DNA of 59,096 nt from contig DASUFI010000185.1 in the NCBI GenBank assembly GCA_036274635.1, positions 1 to 59,096 on the forward strand. The letters are read 5' to 3'. Of this stretch, positions 54,823-59,096 are shown piece by piece. Position numbers and translations under genes: made by a program. Below the pieces are notes generated by a model that did no database searches, was not told where the DNA came from, and worked only from the letters and a program-made list of their open reading frames with translations. Within the stretch, counting starts at the first letter, position 1. Every line of letters starts with the position of its first letter. Source of the stretch: Planctomycetota bacterium (lineage in GTDB: Bacteria > Planctomycetota > B15-G4).

Positions 54823-56565
54823 ATGGGCGTCTCCACCTCCGACATCGCCTTCCAGATCCAGGACCTCGGCAAGCGCCACGGCGCCCGTATCCTGTTCGAG
54901 AACGTCTCGCTGTCCTTCCTCAAGGGCGCGCGCATCGGCGTCATCGGCCCCAACGGCATGGGCAAGAGCTCGCTGCTGCGCATCATGGCGGGCCAGGACA
55001 AGGAGTTCGAAGGCCAGATCCTGCCCGCGCCGGGGCTGACCGTCGGCTACGTCCCGCAGGAGCCGAAGCTCGACGAGAACCTGACCGTGGCGGAGAACGT
55101 CGAGAAAGCCGTCGAGCCGATCCGCGCGCTGATTCGCGAATACGAGGAGGTGAGCGCGAAGCTCGGCGAAGACCTGCCCGAAGCCGAGATGAACCGCCTG
55201 ATGGAGCGCATGACCCGCCTGCAGGAAGAGGTGGAAGCGCGCGACGGCTGGGAGCTGGACCGCCACCTCGAGCAGGCGATGCAGGCGCTCGGCCTGCCGC
55301 CGGCCGACAGCCCGGTGAAGCACCTCAGCGGCGGGGAGCGCAGGCGCGTGGCGCTGTGCCGCGCGCTCATGGAGCACCCGGACCTGCTGCTGCTGGACGA
55401 GCCGACGAACCACCTCGACGCCGACACGGTCACGTGGCTCGAGAAGCACCTGCAGGACTACAGCGGCACGATCATCCTCGTCACGCACGACCGCTACTTC
55501 CTCGACAACGTCGTGGGGTGGATGCTCGAGATCGACCGCGGGCAGTTCCGGCCCTACAAGGGCAACTACTCGGACTACCTGGAGGCGCGCCAGGAGTTCT
55601 ACCGGCAGCGGCAGAAGGGCGACGACGAGCGGGGCAAGCTCATCGCCCGCGAGCTGGAGTGGATCCGCACCAATCCCAGGGGCCGCACCACCAAGAGCAA
55701 GGCGCGTATCGCGCGCTACGACGAGTTGGTGCAGCAGGCGCGGCAGGCCATCGTGGACGAGCTGCACCTGCACATCCCGTTCACGCGGCGGCTGGGCGAC
55801 CAGGTGCTCATCGTCGATCACGTGAGCAAGGGCTTCGGCGGGCGCACGCTGTTCGAGGACCTCACCTTCGAGCTGCCGCCGGGTGCCATTCTGGGCGTGG
55901 TGGGGCCCAACGGCGCCGGCAAGACCACGCTGGTGAAGATGATCGTGGGCCAGGAGAAGCCCGATGGGGGCAAGGTGAAGGTGGGGCCGACGGTGGACCT
56001 CTGCTACCTGGACCAGTCTCGCGGCTCGTTGATGGACAACCGCACGGTGTACGACGAGATCACCGGCGGCAGCGACATGCTGCGCGTGGGCGACATCGAG
56101 ATGAACGGCCGCGCCTACGTGAGCCGCTTCAACTTCCGCGGCGAGCAGCAGAGCAAGCAGATGGGCACGCTGAGCGGCGGCGAGCGCAACCGCGTGCTCA
56201 TGGCCAAGATGCTGGCGCGCGGCGGCAACTGCATCCTGCTCGACGAGCCCACCAACGACCTCGACCTGCCCACGCTGCGCGAGCTGGAGGAGGCGCTGCT
56301 GGAGTTCCCCGGCGTGGTCATCTGCGTCACCCACGACCGCTTCTTCATGGACCGCATCGCCACGCACATCCTCGCGTTCACCGGCGAGGACAAGGCGCTG
56401 GGCGAGGGCGTCGCGATCGAGGGCAGCGGCGACGCGACCGGGCGGGTGTTCTTCCACCCCGGCAACTACCAGAGCTGGCGCGAGTACTACGGCATGCTGC
56501 GCGAGAAGGCGGGCCTGCCGCCGATCGAGGCGGTGGGGGCGCACCGGAAGTTCAGGGGGAGCTGA
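54823..56565 (+). CDS. ettA: ABC-F ATPase, energy-dependent translational throttle protein EttA-like
   Basis: ATG at 54823. It has two ABC cassettes (GVIGPNGMGKSS / LSGGERRRVAL...LLLLDEPTNHLD and GVVGPNGAGKTT / LSGGERNRVLM...ILLDEPTNDLD) and the linker typical of EttA. Confidence 0.88.
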   Translation: MGVSTSDIAFQIQDLGKRHGARILFENVSLSFLKGARIGVIGPNGMGKSSLLRIMAGQDKEFEGQILPAPGLTVGYVPQEPKLDENLTVAENVEKAVEPIRALIREYEEVSAKLGEDLPEAEMNRLMERMTRLQEEVEARDGWELDRHLEQAMQALGLPPADSPVKHLSGGERRRVALCRALMEHPDLLLLDEPTNHLDADTVTWLEKHLQDYSGTIILVTHDRYFLDNVVGWMLEIDRGQFRPYKGNYSDYLEARQEFYRQRQKGDDERGKLIARELEWIRTNPRGRTTKSKARIARYDELVQQARQAIVDELHLHIPFTRRLGDQVLIVDHVSKGFGGRTLFEDLTFELPPGAILGVVGPNGAGKTTLVKMIVGQEKPDGGKVKVGPTVDLCYLDQSRGSLMDNRTVYDEITGGSDMLRVGDIEMNGRAYVSRFNFRGEQQSKQMGTLSGGERNRVLMAKMLARGGNCILLDEPTNDLDLPTLRELEEALLEFPGVVICVTHDRFFMDRIATHILAFTGEDKALGEGVAIEGSGDATGRVFFHPGNYQSWREYYGMLREKAGLPPIEAVGAHRKFRGS

Positions 56566-56794
56566 GGGGCGGGTCGGGCTGTGCCGAGTGCGACCTCGCG
56601 CACCCATCCCGACTCTCGAGGATCTGCTCGCAGGTCCACCCGTCGGCCAGCAGCTCGATGACGAACTCGACCGCGATCCGCGTGTCCTTGATGCAGGGCT
56701 TTCCCACCAGGATCTCGGGGTTGAGCGTGATGCGGCCTTGCCAGTGCAGGACGGCGGCCCCGTTGCGGGATGGACGCTGGGCTCGGTCGGACAT
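56552..56794 (-). CDS. DUF433 domain protein
   Basis: ATG at 56794. ...ITLNPEILVGKPCIKDTRIAVEFVIELLADGWTCEQILE is the DUF433 core. The C-terminal tail is atypical and overlaps the ettA 3' end by 14 nt. Confidence 0.6.
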   Translation of the reverse strand: MSDRAQRPSRNGAAVLHWQGRITLNPEILVGKPCIKDTRIAVEFVIELLADGWTCEQILESRDGCARSHSAQPDPPLSSP

Positions 56795-57225
56795 TCTCTC
56801 GTCCTTTGCGGACTTGCGGAAGCACGCCGCACGCGCGCCGCTGCGCTCCAGTCGCTCGGCCGCGACGGCCCTTGCGGCGCCCCTCGCGCTGGTGCACGGC
56901 GCCTCGCTCCCCGCACGCGCCGTACCACTCCGCGTCGGCTCCGTCTGCGCGGCGGATGGTCGAGCTGGCGCCGCGCTGCCGGGCGACGTGCACTGACTGG
57001 AGCGGGCGCATGTGTTCCGGGATGCCGAGCGAAATACACGGGAGCCACGCATCGACTCATCGGACGTGCACCTCCGTTGCAGTCGAAGCATGCGACACGT
57101 TCGTTCGGAGCGCGCGACGCACCGCGTGCGACGACGGGGCGCGCGGTTTGACACGCGAATCGAGGCGGGCATAGAGTCCCAGCCGTTCGAGGGATCTTTC
57201 GTGAAGATCGCTCCGGAGGAGGCTC

Positions 57226-59037
57226 ATGATCCAGTCGTCACTCGTGCGGCCGCTGCTTTTCGCCGTCGCTGGCTTCGCGTGCACCGCGTGCTCGTCCGCG
57301 CAGGCTCCCGCGCCCAAGCCGGCTGCACCCGCGCCGCAGCAGACTCCTGCGCCCAAGCCCGCCGCGCCCGCGCCACAGCAGGCGCCGGGGACCAAGCCCG
57401 CGGCGGCGGCTCCCGCGGCCGCGCCGGCAGCGCAATCCGGCAAGAAGCCGAACATCCTGGTGATCATGGGTGACGACATCGGGTGGTTCAACATCAGCGC
57501 GTACCACCAGGGGATCATGTCGGGCAAGACGCCCAACCTCGACCGCCTCGCGAGCGAGGGCATGCGCTTCACCGACTACTACGCCGAGGCCAGCTGCACG
57601 GCGGGCCGCGCGGCGTTCATCACTGGCGAGATCCCGCTGCGCACGGGCCTCACGACCGTGGGGCAGGCGGGCGCGGACATCGGCATGCCGGACAAGGCCT
57701 GCTCGATGGCGACCGCGCTCAAGGAGCAGGGCTACGCGACGGGGCAGTTCGGCAAGAACCACCTCGGCGACCTGAACAAGTACCTGCCCACGCTGCACGG
57801 CTTCGACGAGTTCCAAGGCTACCTGTACCACCTCGACGCGCTGTCCGACCCGTACTGGTACTCGTTCCCCAACGACCAGGCCTACCGCGACAAGTACGGG
57901 CCGCGCGACGTGCTGCACTGCTGGGCCACCGACGCCGACGACGCGACCGAGATGCCGCGCTGGGGCAAGATCGGCAAGCAGAAGATCGTGGACGAGGGGC
58001 CGCTCGCGCCGTTCCCGGACATGTCCGACGTCCCGAACATGCATGACGTCACGCCCAAGGGCAAGTACGACATGACCACCGTGGACGACGTGTTCCTGAA
58101 GTCCTCCACCGACTTCATGGACAAGGCCAAGAAGGACGGCAAGCCCTTCTTCGTCTGGCACAACACCACGCGCATGCACGTCTGGACCTTCCTCTCGCCC
58201 AAGTACCGCGCGCTGATGAACAGCGATACGAATTACGGGCTGTACGAGGCGGGCATGGCGCAGCTGGACGACATCGTCGGTGCCCTGCTCAAGCACGTCG
58301 AGGACATGGGCGAGAAGGACAACACGATCGTCGTCTTCACCACGGACAACGGCGCCGAGGTGTTCACCTGGCCCGACGGCGGCATGACGCCGTTCAGGGG
58401 CACCAAGGGCACGGTGATGGAAGGCGGCTTCCGCGCGCCGTGCATCGTGCGCTGGCCGGGCCACGTCAAGCCGGGCACGGTCGAGAACGGCATGTTCTCG
58501 GCGCTGGACTGGTACCCGACGCTGCTCGCGGCGGCCGGCAACCCGAACATCACGGACCAGCTGCTCAAGGGCGCGACGATGGGCGGGACCAGCTTCAAGA
58601 ACCACCTCGACGGCTACAACCAGCTCGACCTGCTGCAGGGCAACGGCCCATCGAAGCGGCACGAGTTCTTCTACTTCGAGGGCCCGCAGCTGGGCGCGCT
58701 GCGCGTCGACGACTTCAAGTTCCAGTTCTTCGCCCAGCCGGGCGGCTGGCCGGGGCCCAAGGTCACCACCGACATGCCGCTCATGGTCAACATCCGCCAG
58801 GACCCGTTCGAGCGCACGCCGTCGATCGGCGGCCAGTCGCTCAACGACCTGGGCGGCGGCTACATGAACGACTTCTACGCCCGCGAGTTCTGGCGCTTCG
58901 TGCAGGTGCAGCAGTACGTCGGCCAGCTGGCCATGACGGCCGTCGACTATCCGCCCATGCAGGACCCGGCCTCGTTCAACCTGTCCGAGGTCAAGGCCAA
59001 GATCGAGGCCGTGATCAAGAACAAGCCCGGGCAGTAG
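57226..59037 (+). CDS. Arylsulfatase (formylglycine-dependent) lipoprotein with a Pro/Ala-rich tether
   Basis: An RBS GGAGGAGG is present. The lipobox is AGFAC. NILVIMGDDIGW...SCTAGRAAFITG is the C-x-A-x-R formylglycine motif. ...FVWHNTTRMH...TTDNGAE is also present. Confidence 0.88.
   Translation: MIQSSLVRPLLFAVAGFACTACSSAQAPAPKPAAPAPQQTPAPKPAAPAPQQAPGTKPAAAAPAAAPAAQSGKKPNILVIMGDDIGWFNISAYHQGIMSGKTPNLDRLASEGMRFTDYYAEASCTAGRAAFITGEIPLRTGLTTVGQAGADIGMPDKACSMATALKEQGYATGQFGKNHLGDLNKYLPTLHGFDEFQGYLYHLDALSDPYWYSFPNDQAYRDKYGPRDVLHCWATDADDATEMPRWGKIGKQKIVDEGPLAPFPDMSDVPNMHDVTPKGKYDMTTVDDVFLKSSTDFMDKAKKDGKPFFVWHNTTRMHVWTFLSPKYRALMNSDTNYGLYEAGMAQLDDIVGALLKHVEDMGEKDNTIVVFTTDNGAEVFTWPDGGMTPFRGTKGTVMEGGFRAPCIVRWPGHVKPGTVENGMFSALDWYPTLLAAAGNPNITDQLLKGATMGGTSFKNHLDGYNQLDLLQGNGPSKRHEFFYFEGPQLGALRVDDFKFQFFAQPGGWPGPKVTTDMPLMVNIRQDPFERTPSIGGQSLNDLGGGYMNDFYAREFWRFVQVQQYVGQLAMTAVDYPPMQDPASFNLSEVKAKIEAVIKNKPGQ
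57310..57387 (+). repeat. 39-bp tandem duplication (2 units) encoding APKPAAPAPQQ(T/A)P
   Basis: Units 57310-57348 and 57349-57387 are near-identical. They lie in the linker of the arylsulfatase. Confidence 0.8.
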
Positions 59038-59096
59038 CCGGCGCGGCGCGAGCGCCCGCATCACGAGACGCGCGGGCCGCTCCCCCGGGGGCGGCC

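Overview
This is a GC-rich (about 70%), gene-dense bacterial chromosomal window. No homology search was run: every family call comes from reading motifs in the six-frame translations, and all coordinates were checked against the raw sequence. In order, the content is as follows.
- **Tad pilus genes:** three tandem 52-aa Flp pilin genes lie on the minus strand (too short for the ORF track), divergent from two TadG-like paralogs.
- **Metabolic and housekeeping blocks:** an NHL-propeller lipoprotein, a Pro/Ala-tethered glutathione peroxidase, a complete gcvT-gcvH-gcvPA-gcvPB glycine-cleavage operon with a candidate tandem glycine riboswitch, and a PIG-L deacetylase / Na+:solute symporter / DUF2911 trio.
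- **Rrf2-globin operon:** its promoter is covered by a perfect 25-bp palindrome.
- **Exported repeat proteins:** a long run of CarboxypepD_reg giants, FG-GAP/VCBS proteins, beta-helix paralogs, a CRTAC1-like protein and DUF1579.
- **Further housekeeping:** a CPA2 antiporter, nnrE, an fpg/nei glycosylase, a zeta-toxin-like kinase, ettA, an orphan DUF433 gene and an arylsulfatase.

The most interesting locus is 47.6-54.6 kb.
- **Split sigma gene:** an ECF-like sigma-factor gene is interrupted by a 3,377-bp IS1595-family element. The element has perfect 21-bp terminal inverted repeats and an 8-bp target-site duplication, and it carries uncharacterised cargo. Removing the element in silico restores the sigma reading frame exactly.
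- **Downstream module:** the sigma gene is followed by a soluble anti-sigma with an HxxxCxxC (ZAS-type) zinc motif and a histone-like basic tail. After that come two lower-GC exported paralogs that carry a reiterated G-P-D-G-x-G-S-L-P-K motif I cannot assign to a known family.

A CarboxypepD_reg giant gene also carries an in-frame TAG in the middle of a domain repeat. Most long ORFs in the supplied track are antisense or off-frame shadows typical of high-GC DNA and were rejected.
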